Origin: Streptosporangiales bacterium
Lineage (GTDB): Bacteria; Actinomycetota; Actinomycetes; Streptosporangiales; WHSR01
Assembly (NCBI GenBank): GCA_009379995.1
Contig: WHSR01000005.1
Span: forward strand, 41,429 to 105,428
DNA length: 64,000 bases
Direction: 5' to 3'
The position numbers and the translations under genes are program-made. The notes below the pieces were generated by a model that worked only from the letters and a program-made list of their open reading frames with translations, was not told the DNA's origin and did not search any database. Below, in pieces: positions 62,542 through 64,000 of this stretch; within the stretch, counting starts at the first letter, position 1; each line of letters opens with the position of its first letter.

Positions 62542-63873
62542 TCAAAGGGGCGAAGGGGTCTCGGCGAGGCGCTGGAGGGCGCGTCCCATCCGCGCGACGG
62601 CAGCCTCCGGTGTGGCTTGTCCGGCCAGGACACTGGCGACGGCCGAGCCGACGTGGATCTCCAACAGCGATCCCGAGCCGGAGTACCAGGCTGGTGGGTG
62701 GTAGACGGCGTTGTCGACAGCGGCGGCGTAGTTGGACTGCGGGTCCAGCGAGCGGTACGCCTCGCTTCGCTGAACCGGCTGCCACACCGGGACGTGACCG
62801 CCCTCCGCCCAGGTGAGGCTCTCGTCGAGCAGGCCGCGGGCGACGGTGAGGGCGGCGTCCGTGCGCCGCGGGTCGGGGTTGCGGAATCTCGGCAGGACGA
62901 ACGCGTGGGAGTCGGCCTCGACGACGTACGGGCCGCCGAAGACGTTCGGGAACGGGACCATGCTGAACGGCAGCTTCGCCTCGGTAAAGGTGGTGACCTC
63001 CCACTCGCCCTGGATGTAGAAGCCGGCCTTGCCGCTGGCGAACAGGGCGACCGCACCCTCGTAGTCGACGTCGGCCGGCATGAGGCCTTCCTCGACGGTG
63101 AGCCGGCGCCCGTAGCTCAGTGCTCGCACCGCCTTCTCCTCGTCGAGCACGACCCGCCTGCCCTCGTCGGCCAGCAGTTGACCGCCGAGCTGGCTGTAGA
63201 GGGTGTAGAAGAACCGGAACGTGGAGGGCGTATTGATGTTGATCGCGAGCATCCCGCCCCACCCGCCGGTGGCCTCCTTGACCCTGTGCATCGCGTCCGC
63301 GAACTCGTCGGGCCCGTCGAGCGACGTGAGAATCCCGTCCGAGTCGAGCAGCCCGGCCCGCTCGCAGATCTCGGTGTTGTAGTAGAGCACCCACGGGTGG
63401 GTGTCGAGGGGGATCGCGTACAGGGTCCCGTCGACATGCGATGCCTCCCACGCCGCGCGGCTGAACCTGTCGGCCGTCAGGCCGTGCCGGGCCAGGTCGT
63501 CCGCGGCCAGCGGCTGCAGCAGATCCGCTCGTGCGTAGCCGGTCACCCGGGTGGCATGCGAGACCGCCAGGTCCGGCGGCTGGTCGCCGAGTATGGCCAG
63601 GGAGAGCTTGGTGTAGTACGGGTCGCCCCAGAGGAACGTCGCCGTCCTCAGGTCGATCTCGGGGCGACGCTTGCGGAAGGCATCCTCCATCTCCCCCATG
63701 CGGCCGCCGTCGCCGCCGGTGAACAGGTCCCAGTAGGTGACCGTACGCGGCGGCGGCCTGCTGCCGGCGAAGCCGGTAGCGAGGTACGACCCGCAACCGG
63801 TGAGGCCGAACGCCCCTGCAGATGCGAGCGCGGCGCTTTGCAGCAGGCGACGCCTGGTGAAATCTTCGGCCAT
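62542..63873 (-). CDS. Carbohydrate ABC substrate-binding Tat lipoprotein
   Basis: TRRRLL twin-arginine signal, LTGC lipobox, YAIPLDTHP..LYYN. Confidence 0.9.
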   Translation of the reverse strand: MAEDFTRRRLLQSAALASAGAFGLTGCGSYLATGFAGSRPPPRTVTYWDLFTGGDGGRMGEMEDAFRKRRPEIDLRTATFLWGDPYYTKLSLAILGDQPPDLAVSHATRVTGYARADLLQPLAADDLARHGLTADRFSRAAWEASHVDGTLYAIPLDTHPWVLYYNTEICERAGLLDSDGILTSLDGPDEFADAMHRVKEATGGWGGMLAININTPSTFRFFYTLYSQLGGQLLADEGRRVVLDEEKAVRALSYGRRLTVEEGLMPADVDYEGAVALFASGKAGFYIQGEWEVTTFTEAKLPFSMVPFPNVFGGPYVVEADSHAFVLPRFRNPDPRRTDAALTVARGLLDESLTWAEGGHVPVWQPVQRSEAYRSLDPQSNYAAAVDNAVYHPPAWYSGSGSLLEIHVGSAVASVLAGQATPEAAVARMGRALQRLAETPSPL

Positions 63874-63879
63874 GGGCGA

Positions 63880-63999
63880 TCACCCGATCTCGATCTGCAA
63901 CTGGGTGTAGGAGTGCGGCGGGAACTCGTGGTCGATGCGGTCGCCGTCGACGGGTGTGCGCGTCTCGGCCACGTCCACCGCGCCGGGCCGTTCGAACGA
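63880..63999 (-). CDS. C-terminal fragment of a probable GH51 alpha-L-arabinofuranosidase (partial)
   Basis: SFERPGAV...HEFPPHSYTQLQIEIG*, resembling the GH51 C-terminus; stops 6 nt before the SBP start. Confidence 0.6.
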   Translation of the reverse strand, partial: SFERPGAVDVAETRTPVDGDRIDHEFPPHSYTQLQIEIG

Positions 64000-64000
64000 G

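Overview
High-GC DNA from a filamentous, probably sporulating actinomycete. The gene order resembles the Streptomyces/Streptosporangiales core, but the taxon cannot be fixed from sequence alone. Core blocks: APC permease/trkA-trkA; DUF3159/OB-fold/DUF3710/dut; DUF4193/cutRS-like; suhB/hemH/MFS/sepH; globin/thioesterase/ettA/ssb/dynB/dynA; cobA/cobT. Accessory blocks: a hopanoid operon (hpnC-hpnD-hpnE-polyprenyl synthase-shc-[HpnG-like::IspH fusion]-hpnH), a patch of orphan and broken genes at 22.3-25.4 kb, a carotenoid-oxygenase/CoA-ligase/F420-LLM/hydrolase/double-HxlR cluster, and a sugar ABC transporter after a partial GH51-like gene. No rRNA, tRNA, CRISPR array or transposase was seen. Notable unexplained signals: (1) six copies of an AT-rich palindrome with near-invariant 20-bp arms, a unique 8-12 nt loop in each copy and co-varying outer arms, three of which supply a gene's stop codon; (2) a four-copy 19-bp operator-like array upstream of hpnC; (3) an SD-led 7-aa micro-ORF (MRGSTWT) divergent from a multi-TM GGDEF cyclase; (4) a sharp drop in GC3 in the 3' half of cobA just upstream of dynA; (5) DnaA boxes upstream of ssb. 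Three single-base frameshifts, each fixable by adding one G, are probably sequencing errors, and one creates a false methyltransferase-HxlR fusion. All product calls come from motif recognition and synteny, not database searches.
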